A stretch of DNA of 64,000 nucleotides, taken from Candidatus Omnitrophota bacterium (GTDB lineage: Bacteria > Omnitrophota > Gorgyraeia > B26-G9). The stretch spans positions 176 to 64,175 of the forward strand of contig JAHIOQ010000032.1 in assembly GCA_018895275.1 (NCBI GenBank), written 5' to 3'. The notes under the pieces are model-generated. The model was not told where the DNA came from. It searched no databases and saw only the letters and a program-made list of their open reading frames with translations. Numbering within the stretch: position 1 is the first letter of the stretch; each line of letters starts with the position of its first letter. Below are positions 25,256-35,004 of the stretch, piece after piece. Both the position numbers and the translations under genes were made by a program.

Positions 25256-26565
25256 TGAGTAAAAAAAAGAAAAAAAGCGATTCGCTTGTTAAAAGGATTA
25301 ATTTCCCGTCCGGATGGTCTCTTATCCTCGATAACAATGAGCTGTTAAAAGTAGAAGAAACGAATCAAAAACATGTTTTTGGCCTTGCCGTTGACTTTGG
25401 GACAACATCCGTTTGTGTCAGTTTATGTAATCTGGAGAGCCGGGAAGAACTCGCGGCATCTACGGTGACCAACGCGCAGGCGGAATACGGTCATGACCTT
25501 TGCAGCCGGATTAATTTTGCTTTGCGCGGAAAGGATAACCTGCGTTTATTAAGCGAAAAAGCGGTTTCTTCTTTAAATTGCGGCATCGATGAATGCGCGC
25601 AAAAATCCGGAGTGGACCGGCAAAGGATTTTTACGGTTGTTTTAGTGGGCAATCCTATCCTGCATCAAATTTTGTTTCAACTGCCTCCGGATAGCGGGCC
25701 GGTGTTTAATCACACAGGTGTTTATCAGACGAAAGCAAAGATTTTAGGCCTCAAGGTTAATCCTGATGCAAATGTGCGTTTTCTTCCTGGCGCGGATTCC
25801 GCTGTCGGTTCGGATATCCTGGCCGCGATATTAAGCCTGCGCTTATCCAAATCGAAAAAGATAAATCTTTGTGTGGATATGGGCACGAGCCTGAAGATCG
25901 TGCTGGGGTCCGCATCGAAGTTTGTGATTGCTTCTACGGCCGTGTGTTCGACTTTTGAAGGTTCGCTTATTACCTCCGGCATGACCGCCAAGCCGGGCGC
26001 GATCGAATGGGTGAAGATGGATAAGGGAAAGATAAAGCTGTTGACCATAGGCCATATCCGGCCGCTGGGAATTTGTACAAGCGGAATTATAGATATTATA
26101 AGTGAATTGTTAAGGGAAGGCATTATCGATTCCTCTGGATGCTTGAAGCAAGGTCCATTTTTGATTTATAAAGACAAAAAAATTACTATTGAAATAAATA
26201 AGGATGATGTCAAACGCGTGCAAGCGGGAAAATCGGTAATCTGTAGCGCGATTAAGCTTCTTATGAAAAAAATGGATATAGGGGCGGATTCCGTAAAAAA
26301 GGTATTTATCAGCGGCGCGCTAGGCGGGTATCTTAATCCGGAAAATGCCCGGCGGATCGGTTTAGTTCCGCAGGATTTGCAACAAAAAATCGTTTTTGCC
26401 GGGAATACCGCTTTTGCCGGTGCAAAATTGGCATTGCTTTCCTCTAAGGCGTTTAATGAGATATTAGCGCTTTCAAAGTCTGTGGTTCATGTATCATTGG
26501 CAAAAGACAAGAATTTTGAAAAGGCATGTGCCGAGTTTCTGCCTTTTCCCTCAGAGCCTAAATAA
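25252..26565 (+). CDS. ASKHA-fold DUF4445 protein (C-terminal module of RACo-type reductive activases), no ferredoxin domain
   Basis: FGLAVDFGTTSVCVSL phosphate-1 motif, LVGNPILHQI, and GALGGYLNPENARRIGLVP. The ATG overlaps the rnfB stop (ATGA). Confidence 0.65.
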   Translation: MMSKKKKKSDSLVKRINFPSGWSLILDNNELLKVEETNQKHVFGLAVDFGTTSVCVSLCNLESREELAASTVTNAQAEYGHDLCSRINFALRGKDNLRLLSEKAVSSLNCGIDECAQKSGVDRQRIFTVVLVGNPILHQILFQLPPDSGPVFNHTGVYQTKAKILGLKVNPDANVRFLPGADSAVGSDILAAILSLRLSKSKKINLCVDMGTSLKIVLGSASKFVIASTAVCSTFEGSLITSGMTAKPGAIEWVKMDKGKIKLLTIGHIRPLGICTSGIIDIISELLREGIIDSSGCLKQGPFLIYKDKKITIEINKDDVKRVQAGKSVICSAIKLLMKKMDIGADSVKKVFISGALGGYLNPENARRIGLVPQDLQQKIVFAGNTAFAGAKLALLSSKAFNEILALSKSVVHVSLAKDKNFEKACAEFLPFPSEPK

Positions 26566-26594
26566 ACCTTAAGTATGCCTATGCGGGTACGGCG

Positions 26595-26825
26595 TTATTT
26601 TTTTTCCGTATTTTGAAGGCGGATTGTATTTTTAGGAAGAGGTTTGACTTTACTTTTCGGCTGCCAGTAAAACTGCTCGATCTTTCGTTTTTTTTCGTCC
26701 CAGCGAATCTTATAATATCCGCCGTTGGGTAAGCAGCATTCATATTCATGTCCGGTGTAAAGCAATACGAATACGGCAATGGCAATAAGTAAAATCGCGA
26801 TAAAAAATGTAAAAAATCCACTCAT
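26595..26825 (-). CDS. small membrane protein, hypothetical
   Basis: 76 aa with one N-terminal TM (FFTFFIAILLIAIAVFVLLY) and a basic tail. The RBS is weak. Confidence 0.3.
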   Translation of the reverse strand: MSGFFTFFIAILLIAIAVFVLLYTGHEYECCLPNGGYYKIRWDEKKRKIEQFYWQPKSKVKPLPKNTIRLQNTEKK

Positions 26826-26881
26826 AGGTTTTTAATCAATGTTTCCTAATTGTTTCATATTCATTAAAGTGACGAGTCGAA

Positions 26882-26967
26882 TGGTGCCGAAGGTGGGAGT
26901 CGAACCCACACGAGCTTACGCTCATCGGTTTTTGAGACCGACGTGTATGCCATTCCACCACTTCGGC
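26882..26967 (-). tRNA. tRNA-Leu (anticodon CAA), CCA encoded
   Basis: The reverse complement GCCGAAGTGGTGGAATGG...TCGGT-CTCAAAA-ACCGA...long variable arm...GGGTTCGACTCCCACCTTCGGCACCA folds as a class II cloverleaf. Confidence 0.92.
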
Positions 26968-26982
26968 ATCCGCAGAAATATT

Positions 26983-27366
26983 CTATCTTCTTATCGGAGA
27001 ATTTTTCCAATTAAAACGCAGTTTAGAGCGCGGAAGCCCTAAAATAATAGACCATATTATGCCTTCTTCAATCTTACATTTCAAGTATAACGTTTCTTTT
27101 TCGGAGGTAATCAGGAAATATTCCTTTAGTTCATCATCACTGATTGCGCTGGAGTCCTGCTTTACCCGTGCCTGTGATTCGTCCGCAAAGTCGCCTTCCC
27201 TCAAAGGTTCTTGTTTTTCAGGTTTTTGTTCAGGTGCCGGGGAGGGAGGGATATGGTCCGGAACCCGTGGAATTTCCGCCTCCCACTTGCCTTGTTTTTT
27301 AATATTTCTGATGACCCAAGCAGCGATGATTATTACATAAATGATAAGGTTGATTAATCCGTCCAT
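26983..27366 (-). CDS. hypothetical membrane-anchored protein (last gene of the flotillin operon)
   Basis: 127 aa with an N-terminal TM (LINLIIYVIIIAAWVI) and a Pro/Glu-rich linker. Confidence 0.5.
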   Translation of the reverse strand: MDGLINLIIYVIIIAAWVIRNIKKQGKWEAEIPRVPDHIPPSPAPEQKPEKQEPLREGDFADESQARVKQDSSAISDDELKEYFLITSEKETLYLKCKIEEGIIWSIILGLPRSKLRFNWKNSPIRR

Positions 27367-27380
27367 TATTTATCTCAGGC

Positions 27381-28370
27381 TTATTCGTTGGTTTTTTTAT
27401 CATTTTTAGTTTTGTCAATCCCGCCGATTTGTTCACGCATGGTTGTATCCGCTTGTATGTTTTTTATATTATAATAATCCATAACGCCGAGTTTGCCTTC
27501 ACGAAATGCCTGGGCAATAGCCTTAGGGATCTCGGATTCTGCTTCCACAACGCGCGCGCGCATTTCCTGGGTGCGTGCTTTCATCTCCTGTTCCTGGGCA
27601 ACAGCCATGGCGCGCCGGGTTTCCGCCCGTGCCTGGGCAACTTTTAAATCAGCATCCGCCTGGTCTGTTTGTAACTTTGCGCCGACGTTTCTTCCGACGT
27701 CTACATCGGCGATATCTATAGATAATATTTCAAAAGCCGTTCCGGCATCAAGGCCGCGATCGAGAACGTTTTTAGATATTTTATCCGGATTTTCCAGCAC
27801 TTCCTTATAGGTATTTGCCGAACCGATTGTGGTAACAATCCCTTCTCCCACACGGGCAATTATTGTATCCTCGGTAGCGCCGCCGACAAGACGTTCAATA
27901 TTAGCGCGCACGGTTACCAGTGCCCGGGCGCGGACTTCAATACCATCCTTGGCTACTGCGGACAGCAGCCCTGATTTTGGGGCGTCAATTACTTTTGGGT
28001 TTACCGATGTTTTAACCGCTTCAAGGACATTGCGTCCGGCAAGGTCTATCGCGCAGGCTTTTTCAAATTTAAGATCAAGGTTCGCTTTATCCGCGGAAAT
28101 TAAGGCTTTAACAACACGTATAACGTCACCTCCGGCAAGATAATGGGCTTCTAAAGAGTCACTGTTTACAGTTAAACCGGCCTTATGCAGCATTATAATC
28201 GAAGGGACAATGACAAAAGGGTCTACTTTTCGCAGGCGCATTCCGAACAGGTTAAAAAGAGAGGTTTTTACCCCGGCAGCAATTGCCGAAATCCAGAGCC
28301 TAACGGGGATAAAATAGACGAAGAGAGAAAATCCCGCGGCAAAAAAAATAATAATAACAAGCATTGCCAT
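27381..28370 (-). CDS. floA: flotillin-like protein FloA (SPFH domain, UPF0365/YqfA family)
   Basis: N-terminal hairpin [32 protein letters not shown], and a C-terminal EA-rich coiled coil. Confidence 0.85.
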   Translation of the reverse strand: MAMLVIIIFFAAGFSLFVYFIPVRLWISAIAAGVKTSLFNLFGMRLRKVDPFVIVPSIIMLHKAGLTVNSDSLEAHYLAGGDVIRVVKALISADKANLDLKFEKACAIDLAGRNVLEAVKTSVNPKVIDAPKSGLLSAVAKDGIEVRARALVTVRANIERLVGGATEDTIIARVGEGIVTTIGSANTYKEVLENPDKISKNVLDRGLDAGTAFEILSIDIADVDVGRNVGAKLQTDQADADLKVAQARAETRRAMAVAQEQEMKARTQEMRARVVEAESEIPKAIAQAFREGKLGVMDYYNIKNIQADTTMREQIGGIDKTKNDKKTNE

Positions 28371-28421
28371 ATTAACCTCCTTTGTTTGTAATGGTTATTG
28401 TTTGCTGTATCCGCATAATGT

Positions 28422-28901
28422 TCAAGTTGTTTTTTTCACCATGATTTTATTGCCTTCTACGCTGCTGACAACAATAGATTCATTTTTTTCGATGAATTCT
28501 CCGTCGGTGAGAACATCATAACGTTTATTATCTATTAAGGCCGTACCGCTGGGCCGAAGCATGGTCAATGCTTTTCCCGTTTTATTAATCAACGCGGTTA
28601 ACTCGATACGCGCAACTTGATATCCCATATTCTTGTTTTCTACGGATGTTAGTCTGATTTTTTGCCATAATGAAGTTTTTGGAAGGATTTTAACCAGGGT
28701 GATAGTAATTATAATTGCGCTTATTGTCGCAACTGTTCCCGCCAGCGGGCTTAAACTGTTAAATGCCGTATAGCAAGCGCCGGCAAGTGAAACAATGCCT
28801 AATATGCCGGCGAATCCAAAGCCGGGAATGATTATTGCTTCAATTAGTAAAAGTATGAATCCGATGATGAAAAGAGCGATAACCATGACGGAAATCGGCA
28901 T
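28422..28901 (-). CDS. NfeD-family membrane protein (short form, C-terminal OB domain)
   Basis: 159 aa with 3 TM segments, then GKALTMLRPSGTALIDNKRYDVLTDGEFIEKN. Confidence 0.8.
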   Translation of the reverse strand: MPISVMVIALFIIGFILLLIEAIIIPGFGFAGILGIVSLAGACYTAFNSLSPLAGTVATISAIIITITLVKILPKTSLWQKIRLTSVENKNMGYQVARIELTALINKTGKALTMLRPSGTALIDNKRYDVLTDGEFIEKNESIVVSSVEGNKIMVKKTT

Positions 28902-30383
28902 TTATGCCTCCTTTATTTCTTCGACAAATATTTTATTGCCTTCAAGCTTGGTTATCTGAATCTTTTTATCTTTCGCGATAAATTCTCCGTAGGTTATTAC
29001 ATCAAAAACCCGAGTGTCGAATAGAGCTCGTCCTGAAGGACGAAGCATTGTCTTTGCCAGTCCTATTTTACCAACATTAATATCTTCGGGCAAGGATTTT
29101 ATTTGAAAGCCAAGCGCCTTATCTTCTTTTGTTTGCAACGTTATTCGTTTCCAAAGGGATGTCCGGGGGATATACTTCAACGAAAAAAACATTGCCGCAA
29201 AAACGATGGCACTCGCGTAAGCGATGGTGGTTACGGCGTTAGTTAATTGCAGTTGGGGAAAAGTTACGGGATATTTTATCATTGTTAATATCAACCCGGT
29301 AATGATCAAAATTATGCCGGAAACACCGGCTATTCCGAATCCGGGTGTTACAAATATCTCAATGAATAGAAAGACAATGCCGGTGATCACAATGAGAATA
29401 TCAACCCAATTGGCCAGGCCGGCAAGATAGTGTCCCCAGAAGAATAATACAATGAAAATAGCGCCTAAAGTTCCGCTGACCCCCCAGCCGGGTATTTTTA
29501 ATTCAAAGAATAGTCCGAGGAATCCCAAACTTAGCAGAAGAGAGCTGATAATGGGATGCGTAAGAAAGCGAACGAGGTTTTCCGACCATGTGGGACTGGG
29601 GCGCAGGATATTAAGTTGTTCTGTTGTAAGGGAAAAATGTTCTGCGACATGGCTGAGGAATTCTTTGTCCGAGGTTACGACCGATGCCGCCAATTTTAAG
29701 TCAAGCGCTTCATCAGCCGTCAGGTTAAGAAGCTTGTCCTTAGGACAAATGATTGTTTCATCTTTAAGATTTATTTCTCCGTACTGATTTTTTTTCTTAT
29801 CTAATTCTTCTTGAGTGAGGATAAGCGTTTCTTTTTTGAATTCGACTTTAATCAGCGTAATATCTTTATCAACCATCGCTTGCGCCAGATTACCGGAATG
29901 ATTATTTGCTTCCGCGGTTGCTTTGAATTTAGCGCGCAATGCAGATATCATTTTTTCATCCGTAGTTTGTTGTTCAGTAGAAAAACCGATTGCGCGCGGT
30001 TCGGCGGAGCCGATGGAGGAGCTTTTATTCATGATAATGGTTTTACACGCAAGTGCGATAAGGGCGCCGGCTGACCATGCGGAATTGGTGACATAGGCAT
30101 ATGTGGGAATGGGGGATAGGCCATTGAGTATGTTCGCTATTTCATCGGCAGCGTCAACGCGTCCGCCAAAGGTATCAATTTCAAAAATAACCGCTTGGGC
30201 GTTGTTTTGTTTTGCTTCGTTAACTGCGCGTTTGATGAACGCGGACAGCCCTAAATCAATAACGCCTTTTATAGGGATTATATAAATAGTTGCCTGTGGC
30301 GGGGCGCAGGAAATCCTGCACGGCAGGTATAAAAGGCTGATACTTAAACAAAGAAAAAATAGTAACCGGAGATTGTTTTTCAT
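28902..30383 (-). CDS. NfeD-like membrane-bound serine protease (ClpP-class domain, TM bundle and OB domain)
   Basis: IYIIPIKGVIDLG..FEIDTFGGRVDAA..SAWSAGALIA, TM region, then LAKTMLRPSGRALFDTRVFDVITYGEFI. The start is taken at MKNNLRLLFF. Confidence 0.82.
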   Translation of the reverse strand: MKNNLRLLFFLCLSISLLYLPCRISCAPPQATIYIIPIKGVIDLGLSAFIKRAVNEAKQNNAQAVIFEIDTFGGRVDAADEIANILNGLSPIPTYAYVTNSAWSAGALIALACKTIIMNKSSSIGSAEPRAIGFSTEQQTTDEKMISALRAKFKATAEANNHSGNLAQAMVDKDITLIKVEFKKETLILTQEELDKKKNQYGEINLKDETIICPKDKLLNLTADEALDLKLAASVVTSDKEFLSHVAEHFSLTTEQLNILRPSPTWSENLVRFLTHPIISSLLLSLGFLGLFFELKIPGWGVSGTLGAIFIVLFFWGHYLAGLANWVDILIVITGIVFLFIEIFVTPGFGIAGVSGIILIITGLILTMIKYPVTFPQLQLTNAVTTIAYASAIVFAAMFFSLKYIPRTSLWKRITLQTKEDKALGFQIKSLPEDINVGKIGLAKTMLRPSGRALFDTRVFDVITYGEFIAKDKKIQITKLEGNKIFVEEIKEA

Positions 30384-30675
30384 AGAACTTTTTTGTATTC
30401 TTGGCCCCCTCGACGCACTGCATTTGCTCGGGGGCATTCGACGCGTTAATCAACACTACAAACCTATTTATGTACTTCTCCAAGTTTTCTTATTATACAC
30501 TTTCTCGTTTTAATTTGCAAACAAAAAACCAGTACTTGTGGTTCTTTAGCGTTTCTGTCAATTTGTGTTGTGTCGGGATTGTTCTTTGCGCAAACGATTT
30601 TTGGGGAGAAGGATGTTTAGTAATAAGAAAAGACTGCAAAAAAAAACAAAAATAGTGTACACTTACATAAATTTC

Positions 30676-30703
30676 TTGACATCTCGCGTTATTTCCGTAT
30701 AGT
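30676..30703 (+). promoter_or_regulatory. near-consensus sigma-70 promoter with no obvious downstream gene
   Basis: TTGACA (30676-30681), 16-nt spacer, TATAGT (30698-30703). Confidence 0.3.
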
Positions 30704-30901
30704 AAAATGCAATTAAAAAGGGGTATCAAGGTGTGTAAAAATAATATTGATAGAGCTAAACCCCTTGACAAAGTTTGTGGTAATATAAAGGTTAAACACC
30801 CAACTTCCTCGAGAGTACTTTTAGGATGCCGCTAGATCGGGATCTTAACGTCTTGCTTGCGCGATAAGTTTTATGTTCTTCTTTTTTATCGGAGCGAAGG
30901 A

Positions 30902-30977
30902 TGGTGGAGCTGGGGGGATTCGAACCCCCGACCAACAGACTGCCAGCCTGCTGCGCTCCCAGCTGCGCTACAGCCCC
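30902..30977 (-). tRNA. tRNA-Ala (anticodon GGC), CCA encoded
   Basis: The reverse complement is GGGGCTGTAGCGCAGCTGGGAGCGC...CTGGCAG...GGGGGTTCGAATCCCCCCAGCTCCACCA. The G3:U70 identity pair is present. Confidence 0.92.
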
Positions 30978-31002
30978 ACACCAGAATTTTACAATTGATG
31001 AT

Positions 31003-31031
31003 ACTTTATCACGAGCTGTTGATTCTGTCAA
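31003..31031 (-). promoter_or_regulatory. putative sigma-70 promoter for tRNA-Ala
   Basis: On the minus strand: TTGACA, 17 nt, TAAAGT, ending about 25 nt before the tRNA 5' end. Confidence 0.4.
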
Positions 31032-31152
31032 TCCTTAGCTAAAATTCAACTTGCTCTAAAACTAATGGCTATGCTAAAATAATAAAATGTTCTATAGGTA
31101 AAAACAAGCGGACGGAATCCGAATATAATTATAAGAAGAAAGGGTGTTTTTG

Positions 31153-33630
31153 ATGAGTGATTATGATTTTTTGCGTATAGAAAAGGAGTGGCAGGAGTAT
31201 TGGCGCAGCCATAATCTTTTTAATGTTAAGATGGATGAAAGCAAGGAAAAGTACTATGTCCTGGAGATGTTTCCCTATCCTTCCGGGAGAATCCATATGG
31301 GGCATGTGCGCAATTATACCATCGGCGATGTGATTGCGCGGTATCGAATGCAGGCGGGATTTAATGTGCTGCATCCGATAGGGTTTGATGCCTTCGGCCA
31401 GCCGGCGGAAAACGCGGCGATTAAGCATAAGACAGGCCCGAAAGAATGGACGGAAAATTGTATCAGCTGGATGGTGAAAGAGCTCAAACAGATGGGTTTT
31501 TCCTATGACTGGGACCGCGAGCTTTCCACGCATAGACCGCAATATTATAAATGGAATCAGTGGATCTTTTTGAAGATGTTCGAAAAGGGTTTGGCCTATA
31601 AGAAAAGTTCCGGCGTGAACTGGTGCGCCTCATGTGAAACAACGCTGGCGAATGAAGAGGTGGTCAACGGCGGGTGCTGGCGCTGTCATACGGAGGTTGA
31701 ACAGAAGGAATTGGATCAATGGTACCTGAAAATTACCGAATATCAGGATGCATTGCTGGAAGATCTGGAGCTTTTGAATGACTGGCCGGAACGCGTTATC
31801 ACCATGCAGAAAAATTGGATCGGGAAGAGTTATGGTCTGGAGATATATTTTCCCGAAGTTGATACCGGCACGTTAATTCCCGTGTTTACCACGCGTGCGG
31901 ATACCATTTTTGGCGCTACGTATGTTGTGCTTGCTCCGGAACATCCGCTGCTTGATGAAATGATTAAGGGCCGGTCTCGGGAAAAAGATGTGCGTGAATT
32001 TATCGAACGTGTTTCCAGGGAGAGCAAAATCTCCCGGATGTCTGCGGATGTGAAAAAGGAAGGGATATTCACCGGATGTTTTGCCGTAAATCCGGTTAAT
32101 TATGAAAAAATTCCGATATGGACCGCGGATTACGTGCTTATGGATTACGGCACAGGCGCGATTATGGCCGTGCCGACGCATGACCAGCGGGATTTTCTTT
32201 TTGCCGGGGAGCATCGTTTGCCGATGCGCGTTGTAATCCAATCACCCAATACCCCCAACCAGCTGCCGGAAAAAATGACGCAGGCATATGAAGCAGGCGG
32301 GATATTGGTTAATTCCGCCCAGTTTGACGGTATGGACAATGAGGCGGCTAAGGAAAAGATCGCCTTATGGATGGAGGAAGAAAAGATCGGGCAGAGAAAG
32401 GTGTTTTTCCGGCTGCGGGATTGGCTGATCTCCCGGCAGCGTTACTGGGGAACACCGATCCCGGTGATTTATTGCCGCCAATGCGGGATTGTTCCCGTAC
32501 CGGAAAAGGATTTACCGGTAACCTTGCCGGATAAGATTGAAATCAGCGGTACCGGCGGCAGCCCGTTATCAAAAGTAAAAGAGTTTGTGGATGCGGCGTG
32601 TCCGAAATGCGGGGGGCCGGGGCAAAGAGAAACGGATACGATGGCGACATTTTTTGATTCCTCCTGGTATTTTCTGCGTTATTGCAGCCCGCAGCAGAAT
32701 GAAGCGGTATTTGATAAGCAGGAAGCGAAGTATTGGATGACGGTTGACCAGTATATCGGCGGCATAGAACACGCGGTATTGCATCTATTGTATTCAAGGT
32801 TTTTTGCGAAATTTTTCCGGACACTGGGATTAGTCGACTTTAAAGAACCTTTTCGCAAGCTGCTGACTCAAGGGATGGTGCTTAAGGACGGCGAAGTAAT
32901 GTCCAAATCAAAAGGTAATATTGTTGATCCCGACGAGATGATTAAAAAGTACGGGGCGGATTCCCTGCGTTTGTTTATCCTTTTTGCCGCGCCGCCGGAA
33001 GCGGAGTTTGATTGGAACGAACGCGGCATGGACGGCGCCTGGCGGTTCTTAACCCGTGTCTGGACATTGGTTCAGAACTTCCGCGAATTAAAGCAGGCGG
33101 CCTTGACGCAGCCGCTGCCGATACAGGAAAAAGAGCTTGAATTTAAACTGCATGCGGTAATAAAGAAGGTTACAGAGGAGATGAAGGGAGGGTTTAAGTT
33201 TAATACGGCGATCAGTTCGCTTATGGAGCTGACCAATGAGATTATGCCGGTATTACGGCGGGCGGAAGAAACAAAGCGTATCGGCCCGGTATTGGAACAA
33301 GCCGTCCGTACTCTGGTTATCCTGCTTTCTCCGATAACGCCGCATATGTGCGAAGAATTATGGAAATTGTTCGGCAGCCGCGAGAGTATTATAAAAACAG
33401 CCTGGCCGCGATATGACCCGGCAAAACTGCAAAAAGATGAAATTACGCTGGTTCTTCAAGTAAACGGTAAGGTGCGTTCAAAGATTACCGTGCCCGCGGA
33501 CATCGCGGAAGAAGAATTAAAAACAAGGGCGCTTGACGATACAAAGATTAAGGAATGGGTAAAGGGAAAATCCGTTAAGAAGATTTTTGTCGTTAAAAAT
33601 AAGCTGGTTAATATTCTTCTTGAGGGCTAA
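31153..33630 (+). CDS. leuS: leucyl-tRNA synthetase
   Basis: HIGH-type motif [15 protein letters not shown]-type VMSKSKGN, a CP1 editing region and Zn-type Cys pairs. ATG 31153 is preferred over GTG 31144. Confidence 0.95.
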   Translation: MSDYDFLRIEKEWQEYWRSHNLFNVKMDESKEKYYVLEMFPYPSGRIHMGHVRNYTIGDVIARYRMQAGFNVLHPIGFDAFGQPAENAAIKHKTGPKEWTENCISWMVKELKQMGFSYDWDRELSTHRPQYYKWNQWIFLKMFEKGLAYKKSSGVNWCASCETTLANEEVVNGGCWRCHTEVEQKELDQWYLKITEYQDALLEDLELLNDWPERVITMQKNWIGKSYGLEIYFPEVDTGTLIPVFTTRADTIFGATYVVLAPEHPLLDEMIKGRSREKDVREFIERVSRESKISRMSADVKKEGIFTGCFAVNPVNYEKIPIWTADYVLMDYGTGAIMAVPTHDQRDFLFAGEHRLPMRVVIQSPNTPNQLPEKMTQAYEAGGILVNSAQFDGMDNEAAKEKIALWMEEEKIGQRKVFFRLRDWLISRQRYWGTPIPVIYCRQCGIVPVPEKDLPVTLPDKIEISGTGGSPLSKVKEFVDAACPKCGGPGQRETDTMATFFDSSWYFLRYCSPQQNEAVFDKQEAKYWMTVDQYIGGIEHAVLHLLYSRFFAKFFRTLGLVDFKEPFRKLLTQGMVLKDGEVMSKSKGNIVDPDEMIKKYGADSLRLFILFAAPPEAEFDWNERGMDGAWRFLTRVWTLVQNFRELKQAALTQPLPIQEKELEFKLHAVIKKVTEEMKGGFKFNTAISSLMELTNEIMPVLRRAEETKRIGPVLEQAVRTLVILLSPITPHMCEELWKLFGSRESIIKTAWPRYDPAKLQKDEITLVLQVNGKVRSKITVPADIAEEELKTRALDDTKIKEWVKGKSVKKIFVVKNKLVNILLEG

Positions 33631-33631
33631 C

Positions 33632-33689
33632 CCGAAGTCCGAAGGACGATCGCTCTCTGCGTTCGCTATGACGAGGGACGAAAGACGAG
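33632..33689. repeat. ACGAAG-word repeat block directly after the leuS stop
   Basis: CCGAAGTCCGAAGGACGATCGCTCTCTGCGTTCGCTATGACGAGGGACGAAAGACGAG parallels 10519-10570. Confidence 0.85.
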
Positions 33690-33793
33690 ATAAAAGGTAA
33701 ACGGTTGCGATGCCCGCCTGTCCTCCTTGGAGGGTATCGTCAGAAAAGGGTAACGTTGAGCGGGTAGAAGCGAGTAGCAGGAAAAAGTATATT

Positions 33794-33810
33794 GGCTGAT
33801 GGCTGATAGC
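33794..33810. repeat. heptamer array GGCTGAT GGCTGAT AGC
   Basis: Direct reading. Confidence 0.85.
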
Positions 33811-33955
33811 AGAAGATAAAAGCCGAAAAAACTTAATTAACCGCCCGCTTCGCTCGATAAACGCTGATTAACGCTGTTTTTAAAATAGTGTGAGAATAAA
33901 AAATATATAAAATAATTTTGGACCCAGATTTTCGCTGATACTCGCAGATTATATA

Positions 33956-33994
33956 TGAAATTAATCGGAAGAGTCCAACTCTATTAAGAAAGAA
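33956..33994 (+). repeat. 39-bp conserved intergenic motif, copy 2 (22 nt upstream of comEA)
   Basis: TGAAATTAATCGGAAGAGTCCAACTCTATTAAGAAAGAA matches 7419-7457 at 37 of 39 positions. Confidence 0.85.
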
Positions 33995-34015
33995 TAGCAA
34001 AAAACAGGCAGAAAA

Positions 34016-34402
34016 ATGTACGAAGCAAAGCTTGAACAAAGAAGAGTTATTGTTTTTATCCTGAGCCTTGCGGCAATATCTCTGGCGCTTTCCTGGGGAA
34101 AAAAGAACCTGGCTGAAAGGGCGGATTCTTTTATCTACCTTTCTAATCCTCAAGAGAATTCTTCCGCTCAGGTTTCCAAAGAAACGCCTGCTTGCACCCG
34201 TGCTCCTGAGATTGTGAATATTAATACCGCTGAGGAATCGCAGCTTCAAACAATACCGGGAATCGGCAGGGTGATTGCTTCGCGTATTGTGGAATATCGC
34301 CTGCAGCACGGCCCGTTTACAAGTAAAGAGGACTTGGTAAAGATAAAAGGGATCGGCAGTAAAAAGCTTGCGCTAATCGAAAAATATATACGTGTAGAAT
34401 GA
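34016..34402 (+). CDS. comEA: ComEA-type helix-hairpin-helix DNA receptor
   Basis: N-terminal TM, then INTAEESQLQTIPGIGRVIASRIVEYRLQHGPFTSKEDLVKIKGIGSKKL. Confidence 0.88.
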   Translation: MYEAKLEQRRVIVFILSLAAISLALSWGKKNLAERADSFIYLSNPQENSSAQVSKETPACTRAPEIVNINTAEESQLQTIPGIGRVIASRIVEYRLQHGPFTSKEDLVKIKGIGSKKLALIEKYIRVE

Positions 34403-34417
34403 AAAGACCGTTGTGTT
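34395..34417 (+). repeat. 23-bp direct repeat, left copy (contains the comEA stop and a vestigial comEC start)
   Basis: TAGAATGAAAAGACCGTTGTGTT versus 38003-38025 TAGAATGAAAAGACCGCTGTGTT (22 of 23 identical). Confidence 0.9.
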
Positions 34418-34510
34418 CAAAAAATAAAGGGGTGGAATTAAAAAAGAAATTAAATTTGAATGTTTGGGGAATGTGGTATAATTAACCACCACCTAAGATA
34501 GGAGGCAGAT

Positions 34511-34783
34511 ATGGCTAAAAAGAAAAAAACGCTGCCGGAGTATGATTCAGAAAGAGAGACCAGAGTATTATTAGAGCAGATGAATAAAAGTATTGGTATT
34601 ATTGCTGAACAGCACGGAGAAACGAACAAGAATATTAATGAGATAAAATCCGAACTTGAAACAGTGAAAATGGCGGTAATGGAAAATAGCGCGAATATAA
34701 AAGCGATCAAATTTAAGCTTGATACCAACATAACAAATCATGATAAAAGAATAACACACCTCGAGGAAAAAGTAGTCGTATAA
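34511..34783 (+). CDS. hypothetical coiled-coil protein (90 aa)
   Basis: Extended -10 TGGTATAAT at about 34466-34474 and an AGGAGG RBS. The sequence is heptad-like and charged. Confidence 0.6.
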   Translation: MAKKKKTLPEYDSERETRVLLEQMNKSIGIIAEQHGETNKNINEIKSELETVKMAVMENSANIKAIKFKLDTNITNHDKRITHLEEKVVV

Positions 34784-34870
34784 AGAATTTGGAGAAAGAT
34801 TTGCTTATATTACTAAGAAGTGGGATAATGGAAAGGCGGAAATAAATGGTCGCTTCCTTGTTTCCTCTTA

Positions 34871-35004
34871 TTGAAAAAAAAGGGATTATGCAGATAATAT
34901 CGATTAATCAAACAACGTCCCCTTCGTCCCCCCTTCGTCCCATCTTGAAAAAAAAGGGATTATGCAGATAATATCGATTAATCAAACAACGTCCCCTTCG
35001 TCCC
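34871..35004 (+). repeat. tandem duplication: perfect 60-nt unit repeated with a 74-nt period
   Basis: TTGAAAAAAAAGGGATTATGCAGATAATATCGATTAATCAAACAACGTCCCCTTCGTCCC occurs at 34871-34930 and 34945-35004. It is followed by more CCCTTCGTCCC words up to about 35050. Confidence 0.95.

Noticed and set aside
26579-26821. 80-aa minus-strand ORF overlapping the 76-aa ORF 26595..26825.
   Set aside because: The two frames are mutually exclusive. The 76-aa frame has a clean TM helix and a basic tail, while the 80-aa frame is featureless. Even the preferred one is low confidence.
27381-30383. The NfeD-NfeD-FloA operon as a novel system.
   Set aside because: The SPFH/flotillin plus NfeD protease gene pairing is a well-known conserved operon. 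Nothing unusual is seen beyond a second short NfeD.
30707-30835. 42-codon ORF (MQLKRGIKVCKNN...) downstream of the orphan promoter.
   Set aside because: The ATG is only 4 nt after the -10 hexamer, so it would lie upstream of the transcription start. It has no RBS and no recognisable features.
31032-31152. T-box leader upstream of leuS.
   Set aside because: The interval is only about 120 nt. It lacks a specifier-loop/T-box sequence (no AGGGTGGTACCGCG-like string) and has no terminator hairpin.
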